Assembly (NCBI GenBank): GCA_039588255.1
Contig: JBDHAF010000001.1
Span: forward strand, 25,488 to 89,487
DNA length: 64,000 nucleotides
Direction: 5' to 3'
DNA from: Gemmatimonadota bacterium
GTDB lineage: Bacteria > Gemmatimonadota > Gemmatimonadetes > Gemmatimonadales > GWC2-71-9
Below, in pieces: positions 45,324 through 53,984 of this stretch. The position numbers and the translations under genes were made by a program. The notes beneath the pieces are model-generated. The model saw nothing but the letters and a program-made list of their open reading frames with translations, made no database searches and was not told where the DNA came from. Every line of letters begins with the position of its first letter. The stretch's first letter is position 1.

Positions 45324-45467
45324 ATGCGAACGATGTTCCGACTTTACCAAGCCACGCCGACCCCTCGTCTGTGGGGCGTTGAGGCGTTCTCTGGGATCAG
45401 TGTGCCCAAGAACATCAGTATCGGCGTGACTACCGCCGATTCGCAGGCAGGGAGGACAGCACCCTAG
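45324..45467 (+). CDS. Putative 47 aa leader peptide (uORF)
   Basis: MRTMFRLYQATPTPRLWGVEAFSGISVPKNISIGVTTADSQAGRTAP*; GGAG upstream; last codons overlap the antiterminator arm. Confidence 0.55.
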   Translation: MRTMFRLYQATPTPRLWGVEAFSGISVPKNISIGVTTADSQAGRTAP

Positions 45468-45491
45468 AAGTATCTGGATTCTCGATTGATC

Positions 45492-45539
45492 CGGCCTTCC
45501 GGGTGCTGATGACCGCACTCGGAGGGCCGTTTTCTTTTT
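45492..45539 (+). terminator. Intrinsic terminator (attenuator) 13 nt upstream of the ABC transporter start
   Basis: CGGCCTTCCGGGTGC-loop-GCACTCGGAGGGCCG followed by TTTTCTTTTT. Confidence 0.85.
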
Positions 45540-45552
45540 AGGCGACTGAAAT

Positions 45553-47823
45553 ATGACGACGCAGATAAACAATCGAGATCAAGAGATCGTTTCGCGATAC
45601 ACCGACCAACCAGGCCGCCTGCCGGCGGATTTGCGGGCGGAAATCGAAGCCTCGTGGGGCAATCAGCCGGTCCAACTGTACGCCCTCGCGGACCTCGATG
45701 CGTCCATGCGCCTTGCGGACCATTGGGTCGCACTCGGACCGGACCACGTCGCCGTTGCTCGACCGAAGGCGAGCGGGGGGTGGGACGTGTACAGCTTCGA
45801 CCGGGCCCGTATCAGGCAAGTGCGGAATGCACCGGGTTTGAGCGGGAGCGTGCTCTCGTTTCTCGGCACGGCCGACGAGCCCGCCCTCGCGGTGTTGCGG
45901 TACACGCACCGCCAACGCCGTGCGATGGAGAACATCAGGTTCGTTCTCCGAGAGCAGCTCGAGGGGCGCGCCGTGGAATCGGATGACTCCGACGTGGAGT
46001 ACGCCGAGAGCGTTGCGGGACCGATCAAGGAGGCGCAGGCGCTCGTCGCCGGCAACCGGATGGCGGTGATCTGGCGGCTGCTGGGATACCTCAAGCCGTA
46101 TCGTCGGCGGGTCTATGTGGGCATGAGTGCCGCGGCAATGATCACGTTGGTGAGCCTCGTGCCCCCGTACCTGGCAGGCTATCTGATCGACCGCGTCGTG
46201 CGCCCGGTTCAGGACGGTACGCTCACGGTGGGTGCAGGGGCGACCGTGGCGTGGATCGCCGTAACGGCCATGGCCCTCGTCTATCTGGTGCGCCAGGCCA
46301 GTGCGATGGTGCGGCTCCGCATGATGTCGGTGCTCGGTGAGTTCGTCGCGCGGGATCTGCGGCGGGAACTGTACGAGCATTTGCAGACGCTCAGCTTGAG
46401 CTTCTTCTCGCGGAAGAAGACCGGAAGCCTGATCACACGGGTCAGCTCCGACACCGACCGCCTGTGGGAGTTCTTGGCCTTTGGTGTCGTGGACGTCTCG
46501 CTGTCGGCCGTCATGTTGATCGGGTTGGGCACCGTACTCATCAGTCTGGACTGGAAGCTTGGGCTGATCATGACGATCCCGGTCCCGGTGTTCTGCTGGA
46601 TGATCTTCTTGCACGGCGACCGGATCAGCCGGCTGTTTCTCCGCGCCTGGAGAAAGTGGTCGAGGGTCACCGATGTGCTCTCGGACACGATCCCGGGAAT
46701 GCGGGTGGTCAAGGCGTTCAATCAGGAGGACCGAGAGAAGGCACGATTCAACGATCGCAACGTGGACGTTACCGGAGAGATCAACCGGATTCACTACACG
46801 TGGACGACGTTCTGGCCGGCGCTCATGCTCGCCGTCCACGCCACGACCGTGGCCGTGTGGGTGTTTGCCGTGCCGCGTCTGTTGGGTAGCACGTTGAGCG
46901 CAGGCGTGTTCGTGTCGTTCCTGCTGTACACGACGATGTTCATCGCGCCGATCGAGATCATCGGTCAGATGGCACGCACGATGAATCGCGCCACGAGCTC
47001 GGCCCACCGGGTGTTCGAGGTGTTGGACACCGAGCCGGAAATCGTCGATGCACCGGATCCCGTCAGGCTGGAGCCAGTGCACGGCCGCGTCACGTTCGAT
47101 AACGTGACATTCGGATACGATGGCGTACGCCAGGTGATCCGCGGGATGAGCTTCGACGTCGCGCCCGGAGACATGATCGGGCTGGTCGGGCCATCGGGCG
47201 GTGGCAAGACAACGGTGGTGAACCTCATCGCCAGGTTCTACGACGTAACCGGCGGCGTGATTCGAATCGATGGTATCGACATCAGGCTGATCGACACCGG
47301 GCACTACCGGCGGCAGATCGGCATGGTGCTCCAGGATCCGTACCTCTTTCACGGCACGGTACTGGAGAACATTCGGTACGGGTTGCCGCAAGCCAAGCTC
47401 GAGGAGGTGGTCGACGCTGCCAACGCGGCGAACGCGCACGACTTCATCTGCCGGCTGTCGCACGGTTACGACACGGTGGTGGGTGAGCGCGGACAGACGC
47501 TCTCAGGTGGCGAGCGCCAGCGTGTCTCGATCGCACGGGCGATTCTCCACGACCCGCGCATCCTCATCCTCGATGAGGCGACGAGCAGTGTGGATACGGA
47601 GACGGAGCGAAACATCCAGGAGGCCTTGGATCGACTGATCTCCGGCCGCACGGTGTTCGCCATCGCGCACCGTCTCTCGACGTTACGCAGAGCATCGCGG
47701 CTGCTCGTGGTCAAGAACGGACGAATCGTGGAGTTGGGAACGCACAGTGAGTTACTGGCAAAGCCCGACGGGGTCTACCGCCGGTTATACGATATGCAGC
47801 GCGAACTGCAGGTTGGCGCATAA
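45553..47823 (+). CDS. ABC exporter (TMD+NBD) with ~150 aa N-terminal extension, cyanophycin-cluster-associated type
   Basis: GPSGGGKTT, LSGGERQR, ILDEATS, IAHRLST; TM domain; followed by a DUF1854-like gene. Confidence 0.9.
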   Translation: MTTQINNRDQEIVSRYTDQPGRLPADLRAEIEASWGNQPVQLYALADLDASMRLADHWVALGPDHVAVARPKASGGWDVYSFDRARIRQVRNAPGLSGSVLSFLGTADEPALAVLRYTHRQRRAMENIRFVLREQLEGRAVESDDSDVEYAESVAGPIKEAQALVAGNRMAVIWRLLGYLKPYRRRVYVGMSAAAMITLVSLVPPYLAGYLIDRVVRPVQDGTLTVGAGATVAWIAVTAMALVYLVRQASAMVRLRMMSVLGEFVARDLRRELYEHLQTLSLSFFSRKKTGSLITRVSSDTDRLWEFLAFGVVDVSLSAVMLIGLGTVLISLDWKLGLIMTIPVPVFCWMIFLHGDRISRLFLRAWRKWSRVTDVLSDTIPGMRVVKAFNQEDREKARFNDRNVDVTGEINRIHYTWTTFWPALMLAVHATTVAVWVFAVPRLLGSTLSAGVFVSFLLYTTMFIAPIEIIGQMARTMNRATSSAHRVFEVLDTEPEIVDAPDPVRLEPVHGRVTFDNVTFGYDGVRQVIRGMSFDVAPGDMIGLVGPSGGGKTTVVNLIARFYDVTGGVIRIDGIDIRLIDTGHYRRQIGMVLQDPYLFHGTVLENIRYGLPQAKLEEVVDAANAANAHDFICRLSHGYDTVVGERGQTLSGGERQRVSIARAILHDPRILILDEATSSVDTETERNIQEALDRLISGRTVFAIAHRLSTLRRASRLLVVKNGRIVELGTHSELLAKPDGVYRRLYDMQRELQVGA

Positions 47824-47838
47824 CGAAAGGAGGAAGAC

Positions 47839-48345
47839 ATGAAACCGACAGTCTACGCGCCATGTGTAGAGTACGAGTTGGCGCAACCCCAGCTGCGGCT
47901 GGAGCATCGCATCGACGGACAACTGTGGGCAGTCAAAGAGGACCATGAACGCACTGTGTCCGTACGACGGTGCTTTCCGTGGTCGGAACCCGCGCGCTTC
48001 GTGTCCTTGCGGGACAAGGACGACAAGGAGGTCGCGCTGATCCGGCAACCGGAGAGCCTCGACGAGGCCTCGCGCGAGGTGTTGGAGCGGGCGTTGGTCG
48101 AGGCGGGGTTCGTCCTCCACATCGTTCAGATTTACGAGGTGGAGGAAGAAGTCGAGATCCGAACGTGGAAGGTCGAGACCATGCAAGGTCCTCGAACTTT
48201 CCAGACCCGCCTGGACGACTGGCCGCGCGAGTTGCCGGGCGGGGGACTCTTGATCCGCGACGTGGCAGGTGATCTGTACCACATAGCGGACCGCGATGCG
48301 CTCGACGACAAGAGCAAGAGGCTGTTGTGGGCATTCGCGGATTAG
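47839..48345 (+). CDS. DUF1854-like protein
   Basis: VRRCFPWSEP..VSL, W.VET.QG..F, LLIRDVAG..Y.I....LD..S..LL pattern; AGGAGG RBS. Confidence 0.8.
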   Translation: MKPTVYAPCVEYELAQPQLRLEHRIDGQLWAVKEDHERTVSVRRCFPWSEPARFVSLRDKDDKEVALIRQPESLDEASREVLERALVEAGFVLHIVQIYEVEEEVEIRTWKVETMQGPRTFQTRLDDWPRELPGGGLLIRDVAGDLYHIADRDALDDKSKRLLWAFAD

Positions 48346-48488
48346 GGTGTGGGGGATAGGTCTCGGGTCGGCAGGATCTCACCCGCGGCCATCCCCCCCC
48401 GAGCGCCCTCAAATCACCCCTCCCGCTACCCCCTTTCCGGCGGTCCGCGCCGTCCTCGGACTGTGAAGAGATCCCCACGGCTGGCGTT

Positions 48489-48551
48489 GGGAACTTCCCA
48501 CCCCGAACTTCGTAGGAAGAGCATGTAAGAGGCAGCGCTCTCCGGTCGTTC
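48489..48551 (+). promoter_or_regulatory. Two candidate ECF-sigma promoters upstream of the TonB receptor
   Basis: GGAAC-N16-CGTA (48490-48514) and TGTAAGA-N16-CGTTC (48524-48551). Confidence 0.5.
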
Positions 48552-48584
48552 ATATGCGGAAGTGCTGTCGTCTGACCAAGGGGC

Positions 48585-51167
48585 TTGCGGGTGTTTGGGA
48601 CCCTGAGAAACCAGATTCTGGCGATCGTGGCGGGGCTCTGCCTGTGGGTCCCGCGTCCTGTCGCTGGGCAGATGGCCCCCGACCACCGCGGCGCCCTCAC
48701 CGGAACGGTGGTGGACGTGGGGAACGGCGAGCCCCTCGCCCTGGCCAGGGTGACCCTGCTGCCGGCCCCCGCCGGAGTTCTTCCGGCGTCCGGGGGAGCG
48801 TCGGGTTTTCTCACCGGAAGCCGCTCCGTGTTGACGGACGCCAAAGGCTCCTATCGCTTCCCCGATATCTCCGCCGGAACCTATCGCCTCTCCGTCCGGC
48901 GCATCGGCTACCGGCCGGTGACCATGGACCTGGAGCTGGAGGGAGCCGAGGGCCTGAATCTCTCGGTGGGCCTTACCGTGGCGCCCATCCCCCTCGAGCC
49001 CCTGACGGCCACCTCTCCCCCAACCGACATGTTCGAACCGCGGAGCGGGGCATCAGACGATTCGCCGTCCTGGGACCGGGTGGCGCAGGAGCGGTGGAGG
49101 CAGGCCACGTTCCTCGAGACCGACGTCCGGATACTCTCGGGCGAAGAGGCCGTTGAAGCGATCACCCTGGGAGAGACCGACATTCTCCGGGCTCTCCAAC
49201 GGCTCCCCGGCGTGTCCACCCGGGACGACTGGACCGCTGGTTTGTGGGTTCGCGGGGCTCCACCGGGCCAGACGCGGGTGTACTTCGACGGGCTGCCGCT
49301 CTTCAACCCGGTGCATGCGGGCGGATTCACCTCCGCCATCGGCGCCGACGGGGTCGGGGGGGTCTTTCTCCACCCCGGCGCCCGCTCCGTCCAGATGGGG
49401 GCGGGGTCTGCGGCCGCCGTGGACGTCAAATCTCGGACCGCCGGCGGCACTGGCGACGTCCGGGGCCGCGCGAGCCTCACGACATCCAATATCGGCCTGG
49501 CGCTGGACCGGCGGTGGCTCGACGGACGCGTGGGAACCATGGTGTCGGCGCGCCGCTCGTGGCTGAACCGAACCCGGGATCTGGTCCGGAGTCCGGACGG
49601 GGTTTCCCCCGAAATCCCCAACGATTACGCTGATGTCATCGGTCGCGTCGATGTGCAGCTCGGCGACGGCCGTGCCATCCAGGCCAGCGGGATCTGGCAG
49701 CGGGATTGGATCGACGGGTTTTTAATGGGGGGGCCGGCGGGCAACACCTCCACCTGGGGAACGCTGGCCACACGCGCCACGCTCCTCACACCCCTGTTTG
49801 GGGGCATGGCCCGCCAGACACTCGGCTTCAGCTTGTTTGATGCCGCGGTACGGCAGATGGAGCCCCGCGCCCCGCTAGCGGCCTTCGACGACCTTCCCGT
49901 TCAGGAACCGACGGACAACGAGGTCCTCTATGTCACCTTGAACGGCGACTGGACCCGCTACGATGAGAACGAGCTCGGGCCCAAGTGGCATCTGGGATAC
50001 AACCTGTTTCGTGAAACGGTTTCGTATCAAGGCGCACCCACCGTCCCGCACTCGATCCAAACCTATCTCTATACCGTCGACGTCCGAGGCCAGGTCGTGG
50101 CCCTCAACGTGTTTGCCGAGCGGTACTTTCGGCCCTCGGACAAGCTCGCCATTCGTGTCGGTGTGCGGTTCGAGATCGACTCCGAGACCGCCTCCGACCT
50201 GTTGGATCCCGAGCGCGTCGTCCAGGATGATCCCGGGCGAATCCTCAACAACCGCCTTTCACCGCAGATCTCGCTCCGCTACAACGTCAACGAGAAGCTG
50301 AGCGTCGCCCTCGCCAACGCCAATCACTTTCAGTACGAACAGCCCATCGCCCCGTCGGGAGTAACTTTCGGACCCGGTTTGAGCATGAGCCCGATCTGGT
50401 GGCTCCCACCCAGGGGCCGAACCGGATTGGCGGCACGCACGGAAGTGAATACGCTTGGTGCCGAGTATTGGATCAACGACGAGTGGCTCGCATCCGCCAA
50501 CTACTTCGACAGGTCGACGGGGGGGTTGGTGATCCCTGACCCCAGCCCGGGCTCGACGGATGACGATGAGTTCTACGTCAACGCCGTCAACAACGCCCAC
50601 GGACTCGAGCTCTCGCTGCGGCGTCTCGCCGGCAGATGGACCGGATCGTTGGGCTATGCGCTGAGCGCATCCAACTACGAGGCGGTCGGCTTGGAGTTCC
50701 CATCGCCAGCCGACCGGAGACACGTCCTCGACGTCACGGCCATGACGAGGGTCGACGACGTCATCCTGGATGGAACGATGCGGATTGGCGGGACTTTTTC
50801 CGCTGCCTCGGGGGCACCGTATACCAGAGTACATCCGGGATTGTACGACTGCAGCCAGTACGTGCCCGGCGGCCACTGCGAGGCCATCGTGCCGACCAGC
50901 GTGGAATCTCCCAATGCCGAGCGCTCACCCTGGTCCAGCGCCTTCAATGTACTGATTGACTGGGGCAAATCGTTCACTAAGTGGGACTTCGCCGCGCATG
51001 TGCAAGTACAGAACCTCCTGAACGCGCCTCGGGCCGTTACTTACGCGGTGGACGCCTCGAGTTGTCGGCGCCTAACGGTTGAAAGCCCGTACTGCGGGCC
51101 CGAGCAGGATGGCTTCCTGCCGGGACTCCGACGACACTACGAACTCGGCGTGAGGCTGGCGTTTTGA
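48585..51167 (+). CDS. TonB-dependent receptor with N-terminal carboxypeptidase-regulatory-like domain
   Basis: GTVVD..GEPL, TDAKGSYRF, plug ALQRLPGV..VRG, YFDG.PLFNPVH, QNLLN, C-terminal F. Confidence 0.88.
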   Translation: MRVFGTLRNQILAIVAGLCLWVPRPVAGQMAPDHRGALTGTVVDVGNGEPLALARVTLLPAPAGVLPASGGASGFLTGSRSVLTDAKGSYRFPDISAGTYRLSVRRIGYRPVTMDLELEGAEGLNLSVGLTVAPIPLEPLTATSPPTDMFEPRSGASDDSPSWDRVAQERWRQATFLETDVRILSGEEAVEAITLGETDILRALQRLPGVSTRDDWTAGLWVRGAPPGQTRVYFDGLPLFNPVHAGGFTSAIGADGVGGVFLHPGARSVQMGAGSAAAVDVKSRTAGGTGDVRGRASLTTSNIGLALDRRWLDGRVGTMVSARRSWLNRTRDLVRSPDGVSPEIPNDYADVIGRVDVQLGDGRAIQASGIWQRDWIDGFLMGGPAGNTSTWGTLATRATLLTPLFGGMARQTLGFSLFDAAVRQMEPRAPLAAFDDLPVQEPTDNEVLYVTLNGDWTRYDENELGPKWHLGYNLFRETVSYQGAPTVPHSIQTYLYTVDVRGQVVALNVFAERYFRPSDKLAIRVGVRFEIDSETASDLLDPERVVQDDPGRILNNRLSPQISLRYNVNEKLSVALANANHFQYEQPIAPSGVTFGPGLSMSPIWWLPPRGRTGLAARTEVNTLGAEYWINDEWLASANYFDRSTGGLVIPDPSPGSTDDDEFYVNAVNNAHGLELSLRRLAGRWTGSLGYALSASNYEAVGLEFPSPADRRHVLDVTAMTRVDDVILDGTMRIGGTFSAASGAPYTRVHPGLYDCSQYVPGGHCEAIVPTSVESPNAERSPWSSAFNVLIDWGKSFTKWDFAAHVQVQNLLNAPRAVTYAVDASSCRRLTVESPYCGPEQDGFLPGLRRHYELGVRLAF

Positions 51168-51670
51168 AGATAGATCTCGAGGCCACATTCGATGCACACC
51201 ACGATGGTCTTCATCGATACCTCGTGCGGTTGGTCGGTGATCCGGATCTGGCGGCGGACGCCGCGCAGGAAGCGTTCCTTCGCTTGGCGCAACGTCCACC
51301 TCGGACACTGGGAAACCTGAAAGCGTGGCTCTTTACGGTGGCAACGAATTATGCGTTCGACACGCTCAAAGTAGCCCGCCGACGGTCGGCGATTCTCCAG
51401 GAGTCGCCTGATCGCCCGCCGGTGGCCGAGCCCGCCATGACACCTGACGTTTCCCTCGAACGCCAGGAACGATCGCGGATGGTCCGAGACGCGCTGGACA
51501 AGCTGAGGGAGAAGGAGCGGGTCACACTCCTCATGCGAGCAGAAGGCTTCTCATACAAAGAGATCGGAGCCGCCTTGGACATTTCGTCCAACTCGGTCGG
51601 CGTCGTTGCGGCGCGAGCACTGCGTAAGCTCGCGACGGTACTTCAACCTTTCGAGGTATCACTGCGATGA
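51164..51670 (+). CDS. ECF RNA polymerase sigma factor
   Basis: DAAQEAFLRL, AWLFTVATN, EGFSYKEIGAAL. Confidence 0.9.
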   Translation: MKIDLEATFDAHHDGLHRYLVRLVGDPDLAADAAQEAFLRLAQRPPRTLGNLKAWLFTVATNYAFDTLKVARRRSAILQESPDRPPVAEPAMTPDVSLERQERSRMVRDALDKLREKERVTLLMRAEGFSYKEIGAALDISSNSVGVVAARALRKLATVLQPFEVSLR

Positions 51671-52440
51671 CGGCTAACATCATCAGCTCGGCCCATCCCG
51701 CCGACGGCGACATTCTGCGATCTCACGATGGCGAGTGCAGCGAGACGGAGCGACTCGACATTGCGACGCACATCGCAGAGTGTCCCGTTTGCACGGAAAC
51801 GTCCCGTCTGTTCCAGACAACGACCAAGCAGCTCCATGCCGCGCTCGAGGACATCCCGGTACCGCAGGTGCCCTACGCCAAGGAACGATTCCTCGCCGCG
51901 GCAAAGCACAGTCGTTCTCGTGGTCCGTTCGGTTGGATGGCCGAACAACGGACGCCGTTGCTTCGGGCGGCCGTCATCCTGCTCTCCCTGCTCGTCGTGT
52001 CGATGTGGGCGCCGCCGGTTCGCGCGTGGTTCCTGCGGTTGCTCAACGTCGCGCCAGCAGAGACCGTCGAGCCGACGGAGGACACGCAGCGAGTCACCAC
52101 AGGCGACCCGGCGACTTCGTCGACCGTCTCTTTTGTCCCGACCGCCGCTGTATTCACCATCGACGTTGCCACAGCTCAACCAACGGGGAACCTGACGATT
52201 TACGTGGTCGAGTCCGCGACGGCATCGGCGCGGATCACCGGGCGTTCGCCCGGCGACGCCCTGCTCGTAACAGAAGCAGGTATCCGAATCCAGAACTCCA
52301 GCGAATCCTCGGCTGAATACGCGGTCATGGTGCCCGCCACAGTTTCGGCGGTCACGGTGCAGATAGCGGGAGGCGTACTCACCTCCTACACGACGCAAAC
52401 GATCATCGCCCAAGACAGTACCGTTGTGAGCCTCCAATAG
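51667..52440 (+). CDS. Putative zinc-finger (ZAS, HxxxCxxC) membrane anti-sigma factor
   Basis: HP...HIAECPVC, one TM, beta-rich extracytoplasmic region; coupled to the sigma gene. Confidence 0.82.
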   Translation: MTANIISSAHPADGDILRSHDGECSETERLDIATHIAECPVCTETSRLFQTTTKQLHAALEDIPVPQVPYAKERFLAAAKHSRSRGPFGWMAEQRTPLLRAAVILLSLLVVSMWAPPVRAWFLRLLNVAPAETVEPTEDTQRVTTGDPATSSTVSFVPTAAVFTIDVATAQPTGNLTIYVVESATASARITGRSPGDALLVTEAGIRIQNSSESSAEYAVMVPATVSAVTVQIAGGVLTSYTTQTIIAQDSTVVSLQ

Positions 52441-52466
52441 TCACAAACCGCTGCCTCCAGTCGTTC
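52439..52466 (+). promoter_or_regulatory. Candidate ECF promoter matching 48524-48551
   Basis: AGTCACA-N16-CGTTC sharing CTCC(A/G)GTCGTTC. Confidence 0.5.
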
Positions 52467-52499
52467 TACTAACAGAAGCAAAGGACGACTGGAGGTTCC

Positions 52500-53054
52500 A
52501 TGAAAAGACCATCACGCACAGCGCTGCTCGCGGCATCGCTTCTCACCCTGGCCGTATCAACCGCGGCGGCTCAAGAGAAGCCGCGCCACGACAGATTCTG
52601 GTTTGCGTTCGGCCTCGGCGGTGGATGGAACGCATTCAACGTCGACTTCAATGAGATAACGCGGACATGGCACCTCGATTTCGACGGACCTCGGGGAGCG
52701 GCGGGGTATTTTCGACTCGGTGGCACCGTGAACCAGCACGTGCTATTCGGTGGTGAGGCGCTCGTGTTCTGGCGAGACAATAACAACGAGATCCAGCGCG
52801 TCAATGTCACCGCGACGGCATTGCTCTATCCGGGCTCGCAGGGCGGGTTGTTTTTCAAGGGCGGGTTTGGAGTTGCCGGCAGCGAAGACGAACGGGGGGA
52901 CTCGTCAGGTGTTGGTGCCACGCTGGGCGCGGGCTACGACTTTCGCATTGGCCGAAACATGTTCGTGACACCGAACTTCGACCTCATGCTCCAGATGTTC
53001 GAGGAGCACACGACGGGATCACTCCTGTTCACGCTGGGATTCACTTGGCATTAG
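52500..53054 (+). CDS. Small outer-membrane beta-barrel protein
   Basis: Signal peptide ending AAA-Q, alternating beta strands, GAGYDF, terminal LGFTWH. Confidence 0.8.
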   Translation: MKRPSRTALLAASLLTLAVSTAAAQEKPRHDRFWFAFGLGGGWNAFNVDFNEITRTWHLDFDGPRGAAGYFRLGGTVNQHVLFGGEALVFWRDNNNEIQRVNVTATALLYPGSQGGLFFKGGFGVAGSEDERGDSSGVGATLGAGYDFRIGRNMFVTPNFDLMLQMFEEHTTGSLLFTLGFTWH

Positions 53055-53083
53055 CGCCCGCTGGCCGTTCTCACACACACACC

Positions 53084-53147
53084 TGAGGCCGCCGGTCGGC
53101 GGCCTCAACCGGCAAGAGGGGCATTCCGAATGCCCCTCTTGCCGTTT
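53084..53147. terminator. Tandem hairpins
   Basis: TGAGGCCGCCG-GT-CGGCGGCCTCA and CGGCAAGAGGGGCATT-CCG-AATGCCCCTCTTGCCG followed by TTT. Confidence 0.65.
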
Positions 53148-53207
53148 ACGCTCCACTGCGATTGTTTCCATGCTGCAACGGCACCAGGATAGTCCGCGCA
53201 GGAAACC

Positions 53208-53861
53208 ATGTCGCTCGTCTCCAAACTCAGAACGGTCTTCACGCTCGGGAAGGGTGTGGTCAGGGGCTTGTCAGAGGACGCAGCCGGCCCGGACCCGATC
53301 GCCCTCTTCGACCGTTGGTTCGCCGATGCAAAGCGATCGGGTATGCTGCTGCCCGAGACCATGGCGCTGGCTACGTCCGCAGCCGACGGCACGCCGGCGG
53401 CACGCATGGTGCTCCTCAAAGCTTTCGACGACCGCGGTTTCGTCTTCTATACGAACTACGTGAGCCGCAAGAGCTGGGAGCTCGAAGAGAATCCGAACGC
53501 AGCGCTGCTGCTCTTTTGGCCCATACTCGAGCGCCAGGTCCGAATCGAAGGCGTGGCCGAGAGGATATCCCCGGAGGAGTCGGCGGCGTACTTCGGCACG
53601 CGCCCCCGCGGAAGTCAGCTGGGCGCGTGGGCATCCAAGCAGAGTTTGCCCCTCGAGGATCCCGAGACGCTCGGCGAGCGATTCAAGAAGTACGAGCGAA
53701 AGTTCAGCGGCGGCGACGTGCCGTGGCCCGATTTCTGGGGAGGTTTCCGTGTGGTGCCCCACACCATGGAATTTTGGCAGGGGCGCCTGAACCGGCTCCA
53801 TGACCGGGTCCTATATAAGAAGGAAAACGGCAAGTGGGTCCGTTCGCGACTCTATCCTTGA
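53208..53861 (+). CDS. pdxH: Pyridoxamine 5'-phosphate oxidase
   Basis: RMVLLK, FYTNYVSRK, RQVRIEG, SQLGAWASKQS, EFWQGRLNRLHDR, RLYP. Confidence 0.94.
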   Translation: MSLVSKLRTVFTLGKGVVRGLSEDAAGPDPIALFDRWFADAKRSGMLLPETMALATSAADGTPAARMVLLKAFDDRGFVFYTNYVSRKSWELEENPNAALLLFWPILERQVRIEGVAERISPEESAAYFGTRPRGSQLGAWASKQSLPLEDPETLGERFKKYERKFSGGDVPWPDFWGGFRVVPHTMEFWQGRLNRLHDRVLYKKENGKWVRSRLYP

Positions 53862-53984
53862 ACATCTTCAGCATTCCTACCTGAATCTCAGCGCCTGCGC
53901 GAGCAGCGTGGCCGTCGTTGGCTGGACGACGACGCATGAGGTATCTTCGGCAGTCCAAATGACAGCATTCCAACGGAGAATACA

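Noticed and set aside
45324..45467. uORF as a RiPP precursor exported by the ABC transporter
   Set aside because: No modifying enzymes nearby, no C39 peptidase motif, and the ORF is embedded in attenuator structure
45290..45540. Known metabolite riboswitch (TPP, SAM, cobalamin, guanidine, c-di-GMP, glycine)
   Set aside because: No diagnostic conserved motifs recognised by eye; an Rfam scan is still needed
45538..47463. 641 aa antisense ORF, and many similar long shadow ORFs (e.g. 18134-19672, 36377-37804, 60315-61529)
   Set aside because: They lie opposite well-supported genes and have no motifs; expected from high-GC codon bias
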